63,083 nt of DNA, filler included, from Octopus bimaculoides (GCF_001194135.2; 6 parts of 6 records of this genome joined end to end with filler, not necessarily neighbours in it), one strand, 5' to 3'; positions 36,797-49,241 are shown, counted from the first letter of the whole stretch. The notes: generated from the sequence alone by a model not told the origin. Made by a program: numbers and translations.

Positions 36797-36942
36797 CTCA
36801 CTTCATCTGTTTGTCGTGGATACATAGCAAACCATCGACTATTGTACAATAGTCTCAGTCCAGCCCTGTTCACTTTCTGGTTCTGATTGTGATATATTTT
36901 GTAGGAGAGCCACGTTAAATTCATCACACACATGACATCCAT
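36797..36942 (-). other. Candidate first exon of the minus-strand gene (coding or 5' UTR)
   Basis: Open frame from ATG 36942 to GAG|GTAACG (phase 2); about 280 bp from the GDPD1 ATG; no recognisable protein. Confidence 0.35.
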
Positions 36943-37172
36943 CGTGAATGTTTTCCGAGGCAACCAGGAATTCCTCACCAATAAGCTGGCTCTAATCAAT
37001 CTACCATACCTTTCCAGTGACTAGCTCGAACTATTTGAATTAATCGACATATTTTTCCTTTCTTAATTTTTATATATTTTTTTTTTTTTTTAATTACAAG
37101 TCAAAAGTTCTAACAGCTACTGTCGTATAATTTATATCTCAGAAAACTTTCCCGAAACCTGCTCCGTCTGTG

Positions 37173-37180
37173 TGACGTCA
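37173..37180. promoter_or_regulatory. Palindromic CRE/ATF site TGACGTCA
   Basis: Exact consensus 40 nt upstream of the GDPD1 ATG in CpG-retaining DNA. Confidence 0.45.
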
Positions 37181-37219
37181 GAATTTATTGCCGTCATATT
37201 CATTGTGATTCCTTTAGAT

Positions 37220-37343
37220 ATGGTGTTCGGATTAATTGTTGGCGGCTATGTCTTTACTTCGTTGTTGCTTCTTAAATACCCGAATTTATTACACAAAAAG
37301 AAACGAATTAAGTTTACTGCACGTCATATTAGCCATAGAGGCG
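37220..37343 (+). CDS. GDPD1: Lysophospholipase D GDPD1 (GDPD1/3 family), exon 1
   Basis: MVFGLIVGGYVFTSLLLLKYPNLLHKKKRIKFTARHISHRG(G) vs human LGGYLVTSFLLLKYPTLLHQRKKQRFLSKHISHRGG as recalled; donor G|GTAAGT, phase 1. Confidence 0.92.
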
Positions 37344-40300
37344 GTAAGTTAGCTGTTTGCTTGTAAAGTTTTGTATTTTACGTACTGTGTATTGCCGATA
37401 AATTACATAATATTTAGTTACCCACACGCAGCATTGTTTACACACACATATATATACATATACACGTGTGTGTGTGTATGTATGGGTAATTGTTTATTGA
37501 TCAAATAATTCAACCAGCAAATATAAGTCCTGTCGCTCGACCAGCTAGAACTAGCAGCCAAATCGCCTTTAACTGGACATCCTACTGCCTTGAAAGGGAA
37601 GGACTTGTGAGATAATGCTGGGCCTAGATTCACGGCAAGACAGATAGGCCACAGCTGGAATACATTCGATCATGGGCCTATTGAATCGGAACTGATTTGA
37701 GTGCTTAAAAAAATTACTGATTCATTTATTTTCCTGCATTTTTTTACGGTTTACTTTTTTGTAAATTATGTTCGTTTTCACTGAATCATTGCTTAATAAA
37801 TTGAAATTTCCTCATTTATAACACATACATTATTTTTAAATGTTGTTACGATCAAATAGTAGCAGATTGACAGACTAAATAACTCCGTTTAAAGCTAATT
37901 GTAAAATTAGAACAAGAAAAAATTTCAAAATAGATGAATGAAGTGGCAAAATCAAAAATTTCCTTCAAATTGAAACATTTCCCGTTATTAATTTAGTTCC
38001 TGTATTTGCAAATTAAAAGCTATGGACATCGAATTTCCTTTACAAAATGAAAATTAAAAGTCCAATCTTTATAATAGTTTTTTGGTTTTTTTTACTACCA
38101 GAATAGTTTGTTTACGTTCATTACTCATTGTTTATTTCTTTTTATGTACATCGCTAATTCAATTCGACGCTGACAGACACCGATATTAGTTCTGTTCTTT
38201 CGCCTTCACATCATTGTTTGAAATTATCGATTAAACAGAATTAGACAATGACAAGACAAGTCAATTAGTTCATTCTAACGATCGTAATTATATATAAATT
38301 CCTCAATATAGCCTTCGTTACAGGTAATTTTTATACGAGTCAACTAGAAATAACAGCCAAATCTTCCCCCTTTACCATCTTATATAAGAAAAGGGCTCAT
38401 TAGATAAGATAGCTGTACATAGCTTTATAAAAATAAAAAAGTTAAAAGGAAAAACAGGCTGCTTGATCAAGGGCTGTCTTGGGGCTGAACAAGCGAAAAA
38501 TGTGGTAAATGTGGTGCGATAAGTGCAGATTGTGTTGAGAATTTTCAAATAGAGACTTGGAGGTGTTTACCAGTCTATTACCAGTTCTTCAATCAGAAAA
38601 AAAAACAAAAAAACAATACATTTGCATTGAATTTCTTTACAATTAATCATACATCGTAGTTTAGAGAATGATCTAGAAAAGTAACGCAGGTGGGTTCCGC
38701 AAGTGTTTTCTAGGAATTCCGCGATAATAATTTCGGGAGTTCTTTTAATAGCATTTAATAAAAAAATATTTTATAAAAACAAATGGCAATAGCCATTTTC
38801 AAAATACTAAGTTTTTTTTTGCAATAAATAAATTCTTTCAGAGTTTATTTCGTTTAAAGTTATATTAAAATTAAATTAGTAGGGCTTGACTGTAAAATAT
38901 AAAGATTTTGTGATCTTTGGAAAATCGTATAAGGTTTTTCGTAGTAGAATAAGTTTGAAAACCATTGATATACAAGCTTCTTGATTTGTATTGTTTAAAT
39001 TTCTTTAATCACTGATTTCTGGCTATAATGTGGCAGAAAATAGAATTAATATCGATCGATGTCTGGCTGGAAACATGAAGAGCTTTCATTGTTGTCATGG
39101 TAGTTTGAATTACTGCCGTTTTTTCACCCCTGCCTCGAAAATACAACGATTGCTTTTTATGCTGGGTCTTAATTTGATAGTTATCTCATTCTATGAACAC
39201 TTATTAGTTCTCAGTTTAAAAGGACTTTGTTCGAAACTCCCCTCGTAGCGACCAACTTTATTATATGTTAATATTTACGTTACAAATAGAGCGTTAAAAT
39301 CAACAGAATTGTAAATTTATCAATATTTATGTTTCTCCTTTATTTCATTTCTCTTGCCATTTTATTATATCAGTGATGCATATAACACACACACACGCAC
39401 TATATAGTGTGTGTGTGTGTGTGTGCACGCACACGTCCACCAATTTCTTTTTTTTTTAAATCGGGCATTCCTTCGATATAACTCGACTATTTGTTTTGGT
39501 TTCGTCGAGTTAAAGCGAAGGATTACCTTTCAGTTCGGACACCATCCGAAAGGTATTTGTTGTAAATTGCACTAAAAAATACCCATTTCTTTTTAAAGTT
39601 ATGAGAAAAAATCGACTCGTGTGAATTATCCGAAACTCCCCTCCCCACCTCTGAATTTTTTCACCACCTCAAAGATATTGGTGGAAAATTTCATTATAAA
39701 ATACCCATTGACAGCATTATGTGAGGGAACAAAGTCGGGATAGGGGTGGGTACACTTCTGTAGGTATGCCTATTATGTCTTATCGTATATCAATATATTT
39801 ACACTCATCCGAATACATTAGATTTCTTGCTTGGTAAGCAGCGTAATTCTTCTTAACTAGATAGTAAACGGTACTTCTATTGGAATATAACACATGTGTA
39901 TATGATACACATATAATACAGAACCACATTAAAAATCCAAATTCGGAAGAAAAAAAGAGGAACAAAGAAAGTTAAAGAAAAAAAAGAAAGAACTGGGTAG
40001 TTATGGAAAACGTCACGATCTCACTTGGTTTTCCTAATTTATTGAAATAAATGAATGTTATAAACTGTTTTAGAAATACGATAATAGACAAGTTGTATTT
40101 CCCCTCTGGTCGAGCTTTCTCTTATCGTATAGAACCCTACAGATTGTATAATTGTAAGGAATTTTATCAAGATGAAGCATAAAATAGATGGAAGGTGGGA
40201 CAGAATTTTTTTTTTTTAAAGTTCTCTTTTGCAGTCGAAACATCCGATGTTTGAAATAGAAATTCGAAGACTTGTTTTGAATAAATAAATAAACATGAAG

Positions 40301-41410
40301 TGATGTAATTCACTTATTTTGAAACATGTCTTCATTCGTTTCAGCATTTCAGAGATGGCTCACGTTTAATTATAGGAGTACTTTTGATTTTTATCTCACA
40401 TTTTCTCTTGGTGCATACTTTCTCTTTTCAAGATGCTATAAATCTTATTGTAATATTAAATTTCAATATGTAATGTTCTAATTTTAGTTCAATGTTGAAT
40501 AATGTATTATTACTTAATATATATGTGTAAACTATAATAAACTTAATGTATAGTCATATGCATTTTAACTATTTAATGCAATAAATAATAAACAGATTTG
40601 AAGCTAACTAGAATTAGATGCAAGTTCTCCGGTATTTTCTTTCGTGTAAATAAATGTTTATGTTAATTTTAAAAAGAACTATAGAAAAATTAATTCTGGT
40701 AAATTCAAATAAGCTCAGGTGATCCATCACTGTTTTTCAATTTTTTATGATGTGAAATATCCCAAATTAATACTACTATTTCTGTAACCTGTGATTGAAT
40801 GCTAAGGCTAACCAATTAAACCAAAAACTAAAGTAATAAAATTTATTCAATTATTACTTTTCTTTTACGAGTTAGAATATGGAAATATAGTTGTTTTTAT
40901 AGAGCTAAGTAAACTAAGACAAATTATTCGCGTGAACTTTTCCTTCAGTTTTGCAACAGCTTGTAGCAAGCTTATATGTTTCTTAAGTCAATGACATCAA
41001 TAGTAACTTTTAAAGAAACGAAGACAGTATTATTATAGCTTTAATCGACTATTAGCTGTAATAATTTTAAACACATCAAGGACATTTTTGGCCCATGCTC
41101 GACCACTGTAATTTGCAGCAAATCGAAGCAATTCTATATTTTGAATCGGAAAATAAACAATCACAGAACATTGTTCACGATTTATTAAAAACATTTGCTG
41201 TTCCTTAATTAAGATTTTGTTTGATTCGTACAGTGGTCGAACTTCACACCAAAATATCCTTAATCTGGTTTAAATTATTACTACTGTTCGTTTAAACTTC
41301 TTATTGCGTAAGAGTTATTGTTGTTATTCATTTATGGAATGAAAGAACAAATTAAAGAAAAATATTAATCGAATAATTTCTATTATATTACGCGAACGGA
41401 ATCTTCGTGC

Positions 41411-41639
41411 CAGCGGTTCTCAACCATTTCCTTTTATCCATGTACCTATTTGATTCCTTTTTTTACTCACGTGGACCCACTTGGCCAACCAGTGTTTCAA
41501 AACAACCACATATTGTTGTAATTAATTATGAGGAATTGTATGAAAATATTTTGTATAACCAATTTATTGCACATAGAATTTTAACAGCAAAATTTTATGC
41601 AGACTCAAGGGTTATACGGACCCCGGTTGAGGGCCACTG
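41411..41639. mobile_element. hAT-type MITE, same family as 36275
   Basis: CAGCGGTTCTCAACC...GGTTGAGGGCCACTG; TSD diverged. Confidence 0.7.
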
Positions 41640-43436
41640 CTCTATGCGGTCGCTCGATTGACAAGAATGCCAAATCTTAATTAATGACACCCACCCAACT
41701 TTAAACAACATATAAAAGAAAACCTTAACTGTATCCAAAAATATCCTCCTATGATAAACAATTTGGCCGAAGCACAGCAAAATAAAAGAGAAACTGCTAT
41801 TAGCTAGTTTCACTCATAAGTGGCACGTTACGCTCGCAGGTGATCGTCACACTCGCGCACACGTTCGTTTGGATAGAATACCATCATTCGATTTGTGTTA
41901 GAACTACCGTACCTTCTTTATCATAGTATATCATTATATCATATTTTGGGGGGAAATTTGGCTGCTATATAACTGCGTAAAAAACTCTTTGCCGGCATTT
42001 CTTTTAATAAGTGACAACTCCGAGGGGAGAGATTGCTCTATTGAACTTATACATTTTTTTTTTTTTTTTTTGAAAAACAAAAATGGCATAAATTGAACAC
42101 AGTTAGTAATATATCCTGTCTATTTCTTATATTGTTTTCCTCGGTGATTTCGACAAGAAGTCTTCCAGTTGTTTGAGCAAAAGCAGTATTTACCATTATA
42201 GGATACTTGTATCCTTATGCACAATAAGCATGACGGTGTGTGTGACATGTCTGGCCCTTTTAAATCGCATGTACAACCCACCTGACAGGCCTGTGAAGAC
42301 CATGGCCACAGCTTCAGCCATCAGACCATTAAAATATAAATAGACTGCGGCATGGAAAATAGAGGTTAGCCATGCAGAAACACACAAATACTGTTAACTT
42401 CACTTAAATATTTATTGTTTGTAATACAATGTTGCTCGAAACTGCGACCTGGTCACTGGCAAAAGTTGTGCTGCAAAAAAATAAACACACATCTCCAAAA
42501 AATTATCTTAATTTAACCAACTGGGTTAGGTTGACCCAACTGAAAAGCTGTTACTTATTTCCTATATAGGAAATTTATAGACATTTAAATTGTATTGCTT
42601 ATTATTTTATTACAAAAAGTTGTAATAAATATGTCTTAATAATAAATCATATTTTTCTTTCACTCTGTTTTTATTGAAAGAGCTGTTGCTATATTTTCTT
42701 TGGCATTAGGTTTGATGCTCTGCTTACAGTAACCATTAGTGGCTTATTTATACCAAATGAGTTCTGCATTTCCATTACTTTTAGATATATGTAAGGAGAA
42801 AGCTGTATGTTTAGCTCCTTGATTTGGGGATTTTCATATCTTGTCATGTCAACTGAATATCTTTATATCTTGTCATGTCAACTGCAGGTTGCTTTGGTTG
42901 CCACTGAGATTAGTCTAATCATGAAACTAGTCCTGCTCGATGTAAAATACCCACCATCAGTGCTAGAGCCAGTGGGGCTATCTAAGGATGACTAGGCCTG
43001 ATGAGATTGGTCCTACTCTTTGGGCTGGAGGTAGATACCTCATATGTGATTTGTGATTTTTTTCACTCCATCATATATCCTAAATGCTGTGGTAGAGGTG
43101 GGGGTTGCTGAATCCCTAGCTGAGCGGTGCAAAAATTCTGAAATATTGTAATTTTCTGCCGAATCATATTTTTTAATTAATGACATTTGAAATGTCCAGG
43201 GGAATTGTGTTGCTGACAACAGAGTTTTTGTTATTGTTAGTGGTTCATCTGACTGAAGTATTTGGTGACACTCATGAAGGTGCTTGGTTGTGCCTCAGCC
43301 ATTTTGATCACCCATGGTAATACCATGAGTAGTTTGGGTTACCTTAAACATTTTTTATTGAAGTGTGTAATTAGGTGGATGCTTGTTTGCCTTTTTGACT
43401 CCTTGTTATTGTCCATTTACGTTTGTGAGCAGTAAT

Positions 43437-43655
43437 AAATCTTTTCTACTCTAAGCACAAAGCCCAAAATTTTGGGGGGAGGAGTCCAGTTGATTAGATA
43501 GACTCCAGTATGCAGCTGGTACTTAATTTAGCATCCCGAAAGGATGAAAAGTAAAGTCGACCTCGGCGGAATTTGAACTCAGAACATAAAGACAGATGAA
43601 ATACTGCTAAGCATTTTACCTGGTATGTTAACGTTACTGCGGGCTTGCTGCCCTA
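43437..43655 (-). mobile_element. Family B SINE in GDPD1 intron 1
   Basis: Family B core; an opposite-strand copy lies at about 44885-45060. Confidence 0.8.
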
Positions 43656-44329
43656 GCAGTAATAAATAATGTAATATAAGTTAGTTATGAGAAGCAGTAA
43701 CTTAACACTGAAGTATTTTATTGGAAAATCTCCATTTGATCTGCTTAAGTTTTAAAACTATTGGGTGAGGCATGTGCAATTATCAACAGGAAATAATTTT
43801 TCTCTAACACAAATTCCATAGCATATTTAGAAAAACATGTCACATGAAAATTAGTCATTAAGTTAATGTCTTCTATATAATTATTTTCTATTTGTTTTTT
43901 TATTCTCACAACAGTGAATATGTTGACACAAAGTTTTTCAAGTGAAAGAAGCACACAAATGGAAATTTCTAGAAAGACTGGGAAAGTTTCTGACAGGTGT
44001 ACAAATGTTGTCGGTCATGCACTGGACTATCAGCTGTTGGGAATAACTTCACACACACACTAGGTTGAGCTTGTATAGCCCAGTTATGCTGGTGCCATTT
44101 TATTGTCAAAGCCATCATAGCAATACCTTCGTGCATTATGTACAACATGCTCTGCACTCTACACTGTGTTTAAAATGAGAATATGGTTTTCAGATATCCT
44201 GTGACTAATAATGAAAAGTAAAAAAAAAAGAAAAATTGTACATTATTCCAAAAATTGAAAAGAAAAAAAAAGAATCTGAAATCCTAAACACATTCAATCC
44301 CAAGTATTTTAAATAAAGAATTATCAACT

Positions 44330-44610
44330 AGTATCATGGTTTATTCTGCAGTATAGGACAGTGAGAATGGTATGGATATTTAAATTGAACATCTGTAAGT
44401 CAAAAGTGGGTGGGATAGGGGATGTCAAAGAATTGATGTTCTGGGAAAGAATGAATGAGTTATAAAAGATCTGTGGTGCAAGATACTGTATAAGAGCAGT
44501 GGAAGTGTTATGTGGGCTTGGTGGAGTTTGTATGCAAATACTTCTGTAGAATAGAAACCATTGTCTCATAGTAAAGAAAGAGTGTAGAGAGACAGCATAC
44601 TCATGGATCA
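44330..44610 (-). mobile_element. Very decayed LINE 3' fragment
   Basis: Weak likeness to AVSxLxxFY..FYNSFI..FDLQxFxxxI terminal motifs. Confidence 0.35.
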
Positions 44611-45300
44611 AAGATTGTGGTGTATTGGTAAATAAATGTTTACTAATTAGTCAGATGGCTTTCTTTTAGATAAGGGTCAAGGGTGTTTGTGTGTGTATGT
44701 AGAAGCAGTACCATCTCACCTGTGAGTGCAGTATGTACAGATTTAGTAGCAGATCAGAACTGAGGTATTTCTTAGCTGGTTTAAGGGGACATAGTTTTTA
44801 TCTATGTTATGAATGCTAGGAAAAATCACGAGAGTTTGTGTGGGGCTTAGCATGTGTAGCAAATTTAAAGGTTTTACTTGCATTAAGCTGGCAGAATTAT
44901 TAGCATGCTGGGCAAAATGCCTAGTGGTATTTGCCCGTCTTTACATTTTGAGTTCAGATTCCACTGAGGTCATCTTTGCTTTTCATCCTTTCAGGGTCAA
45001 TGTAATCGACTGGCCCCCCCTCCCCCCAAATTTCAAGCATTGTGCCTATAGTTGAAAGGATTATTACATAGTGACGTAGATTTGTGTTCCCTTGATATGT
45101 GCTGTGATTGTGCCCTTGCATTGTTGAATGAGATGAGATTACTACCATATAGCATCGCAATTCATGTACATGTTTCATACAGTTTGTATTTATGTATGGA
45201 GAGAGAAATTTTTTGTTATTGTTTTTGTGTACTAACAGTCAGTTCTAATAGAACAAAGCCCTTTGCATAGAGGTACTATGTTGAATAATTATGTACAAAC

Positions 45301-45343
<43 letters not shown>

Positions 45344-46319
45344 GCTATATGTATAGTATGTCAGATATGCAACAGCTCCGCCTAGTTCAAGAACACACCG
45401 TGTAATCCAATATACAGGGTTTGTCATATGCAGTACTATGTTGCATTTTCTTCAAGTTTCTCCATCTAGGTTCTGATGGAAGCCAAAAAAGTGGGCAAAG
45501 TGGATTCAGTTGTGTAGCTGGCTGCCCACAAGATTGTATAATTATGTGCAGCCAAGAAAAATGTTTGGGATTAATGTGGTTTTTGAAGCTACTGTATTTT
45601 GTTTGTTTTTTTATCTTATCAATATGCTTTTAGCATCTTGGAAGACAGATTATTCATTATTTTGTTATACACAAATATGCTTTTGAAACAAAGTGACCAA
45701 TAATTTTCTGGATTTTTTTCTAAATTTTTTAACTTTAGAACAATTTTATTTAAACTTCCCATGTGAGATACTGGAATTTTATATTTTGTCTCCAGTTTGC
45801 CACAAAGACTGAAGTTGCTATATTTTATTTACAACCAATTCCATCACTGATAAGTATCAATTATGTCTAGTGAAATGTCAGAGTTCACGATGTCCATTTT
45901 AAGTTTCCTATGACAGCTATTACTACTGTCTATCTGTCATAGCAAAGTTCTGATTTCCTGCCAGTCTACAAGAGATTCTTGTGTATTTGTACTGAATACA
46001 CAATATCAAGTTTTTTTCCTACAGATCACACACCATTTTCCAAATGGCACTTGAATTTTGTACTCTCTGTTGCTAACAAGCAATTAGATCTAATGACCCA
46101 TGGGCTTTTGAACTTTGGAGCATTCTTCCAGGTTTGGATCTTTCTAAGCATCCCTTTAATAGATGCTGCTATTTCAAACAAATGAATACTAGCATATAAA
46201 AATATCCTAAACCACTGACCTGAAGCTTTTGTATATTGCCTCCTTTTGAGAATTACATCAGTTATATGCATGCACACTTGCATTAAAAAATATTTTTTAT
46301 TTTTTGTCTCCAATAATAG

Positions 46320-46362
46320 GTGCTGGTGAACATTTGGAAAATACAATGACTGCATTTCGACA
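46320..46362 (+). CDS. GDPD1: GDPD1 exon 2 (43 nt)
   Basis: Polypyrimidine tract then taatAG; encodes (G)AGEHLENTMTAFR(H/Q) vs human GAGENLENTMAAFQH; donor GTGAGT; phase 1 to 2. Confidence 0.93.
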
Positions 46363-46672
46363 GTGAGTAAATTAATGATTTCAGTTAATTCCTTTTCCCC
46401 TAAAAATGTACAAATGTTTTCCATTTCACCACTTTATACTTCATTAAAATCAATTAATTTAATCTTGACTTACAGATCTAATGGAAAATATTCGAAAATA
46501 TAAACTTAGATAAACATGGCAAGATTGATGGGGTTTTGCTTTGACTGGTTAGGTGTAATCACATATATAACTAACTAAATTAATTGAAGGTATTTTTTTT
46601 TTATGAATTTAAACTTGCAAGTTGAACACAAATGACAGCTAAGTCTGTTTGCACTTTTGATCTTTATTAACT

Positions 46673-46705
46673 ACTAGCAGAGATACTCAGCCTTGCTCAG
46701 GATTA
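46673..46705 (-). mobile_element. Isolated, CpG-decayed Helitron 3' end
   Basis: actagcagagatactcagccttgctcagga aligns to the reverse complement of 32594-32623 (actagcagaaatacccggcgttgcccgggt). Confidence 0.55.
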
Positions 46706-46922
46706 AAATAGCATAGTTTTTTTATCGTTTTACTTATTTCAGTCATTTGACTGTGGCCATGATGGAGCACCGCCATTGGTCAAACAAATCAACCACAGGA
46801 TTTACTCTTTGTAAGCCTAGTACTTATTCTATCAGTGTCCTTTACAAAACCGCTAAGTTATGGGAATGTAAACACAGCAACCTCAGTTGTCAAGCAATAG
46901 TGGGGGTACAAACATGCACACG

Positions 46923-46954
<32 letters not shown>

Positions 46955-47086
46955 AATATCTATACATATAAATTTGACATGGGTGATTCTTTCTTGTCTT
47001 GGGATTCACATACATATATATGTATGTATATGTATGTATGTATGTATATATATATATATATATGTGTGTGTATATATATATGTATT

Positions 47087-48007
47087 GCCTGGTCAGTCTC
47101 GCGCGACTGACGGATGTCTACCCTTCGCTCGAAAAACAAACAGTCTTTTATTTATAAAATCTGGATGGAACTTAAGCATTTCATGTTGGAATGTGTGCAC
47201 TCTGTTGGATAACAAGAGTGATTGTAGGCCTGAAAGATGCACTGCACTTGTTGCTTGTGAGCTGAACCATTATAACATTGATAAAGCTGAACTCTCAGAG
47301 ACTCGTATAGAAGGTGATGGTCAGCTTGAGGAAGTAGGAGGTGGATACCCCTTTTTTTGAAAGGGAAGGCAGAAGGAGGAGCGCAGAGAGGCTGGTGTTG
47401 GTTTTGTAGTTCGATCTGATATCCTTAAGAAGTTGGAAGAGCTCCCTGTTCCTATAAATGAACGTATAATGACTCTACAGTTGCACTTGAAAGGTAGGCG
47501 GTTTGCTACTCCAATAAGTGCCTATGCACCTACTTTGACTAACTGTGATGAAGATAAAATAATCTTTTATACCCAGCTGAGAGCCATACATAGAAAAATC
47601 CCCAATTCTGATAAAGTCATTCTACTGGGGGATTTTAATGCCAGAGTTGGAACAGACTGGCAAACATGGAACTCTCTCGGACGTTTTGGAGTAGGGAAAA
47701 TGAATAGCAATGGTCTCATGCTACTGGAGCTTTGCGAAGAACATGGACTTTACATCGCAAGCACTCATTTTATGCACAAAGGTGATCACACAACAACATG
47801 GATGCACCCAAGGTCCAAAATTTGGCACTTGCTGGATTATGTCATCATCCGCAAGCGCGACATTTATGACTTTGTATTGTCAAGTCCTTACATGGATCGG
47901 AATGCTGGACAGATAACAGTCTGGTGTGAGCAAAGTTCCAAATGATGATTAAAGTGAAAGAGAGAAGTGGACCAGTCAGCATTCCTCGGCGTCTGAATGC
48001 CCACAAG
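47087..48007 (+). mobile_element. RTE-clade LINE, AP-endonuclease domain only
   Basis: WNVCTL..PERCTALV..LSETR..GVGF..SAYAPT..GDFNARVG..NSNGLMLL..TTWMHPRSKIWHLLDYVI; TGA at 47358, one frameshift near 47875. Confidence 0.93.
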
Positions 48008-48060
48008 ATATATATATGTTTGTACATATACGTATGTATATATATATATGTATGTATATA

Positions 48061-48292
48061 TAAAACTTCTGTTCATCCTCTAATTCCTTATGTACTTTGT
48101 ACTTCTATATGTAAACCATGTTGGCAAAATAACATAGTCTGCCATGGACACCTGTGCTTTGGTTCTTTCTTTCTTTTTCTTTTCTTCCTCCCTTTGTCAC
48201 TTTTGCTATGAATTAAATTAATGAATTCAACGGGGATACACCGTCTGCAAGTAGTTGGGTTCAGCATATTATCCTCCATTTTCTAATTGTTA
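48061..48292 (+). mobile_element. Second copy of the hammerhead element's downstream flank
   Basis: Aligns to the reverse complement of 3057-3280 with 2 differences in the first 100 nt. Confidence 0.9.
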
Positions 48293-48443
48293 CACAAATT
48301 TTGGGTAAAACCTCCACTTTTACCCGCTCCCATTGATTGCACCNNNNNNNNNNNNNNNNNNNNNNNNNNNNNNNNNNNNNNNNNNNNTTAATTAATTAAN
48401 NNNNNNNNNNNNNNNNNNNNNNNNNNNNNNNNNNNNNNNNNNN

Positions 48444-48496
<53 letters not shown>

Positions 48497-48534
48497 ATAT
48501 ATGATGACACATAGATATTGACAGAAAAAAGCAT

Positions 48535-48750
48535 GAACGAGAGAGAGAGAGAGGGTGAGAGAGAATGAATGAGAAAGATAGAAAGAGACCGAGAGAAAGA
48601 GAGAGGGGGAGAGAGAGAGGGAGGGAGAAAGAGAGAGAGAAGGATGAAGAGAGAGAGAGAAGGAGGGAAAGAGAGAGAGAGAAGGAAGGAGAGAGAGAGA
48701 AGGAGGGAGAGAGAGAGAAGGGGGCGAGAGAGAGAGAGAGGGAGAGAGAG
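48535..48750. repeat. (AG)n / purine-rich low-complexity tract
   Basis: Direct inspection. Confidence 0.9.
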
Positions 48751-49210
48751 ACTGAGTGTTTCATGAATTAATGCAGGGTGTGTCTAATGAATCGCAATTA
48801 CACAGCATTTTTGCAGGGGTGGGGCGAATTGATAAAGTGAACTCATAACTTTAAAATCCAAATACGGGAGCGTACAAGATCAACAACAAGAATAAATAGC
48901 ACGATAGCCACAACAATAACATTCTACCTGGTTATTCGGGTCCGCCCTCTTGTGGATAACACTTATAGTACAAAATATTAAAATATTTGTAATTACACGT
49001 TTTACTTCCGGGTAACATGAGTACAACAGAGCGCAGTATTGTTTCGCTTTGCGGGCGACACTAAAACTGTATTTGTATGTATGTATGTATGTATGTATGT
49101 ATGTATGTATGTACGGTTGTCTGTGCGTTTGTACGTAGGTAAATAGGCATGTATGTATGTATGACCGTGCATTAGCACGTATGTATATAGGTATGTATTT
49201 GTGTGTGTAA

Positions 49211-49241
<31 letters not shown>

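Noticed and set aside
9943-36942. Identifying the minus-strand gene as SMG8 (human GDPD1 neighbour), TMEM39, MEI1 or CASD1
   Set aside because: No convincing motif match to the sequences as I recall them.
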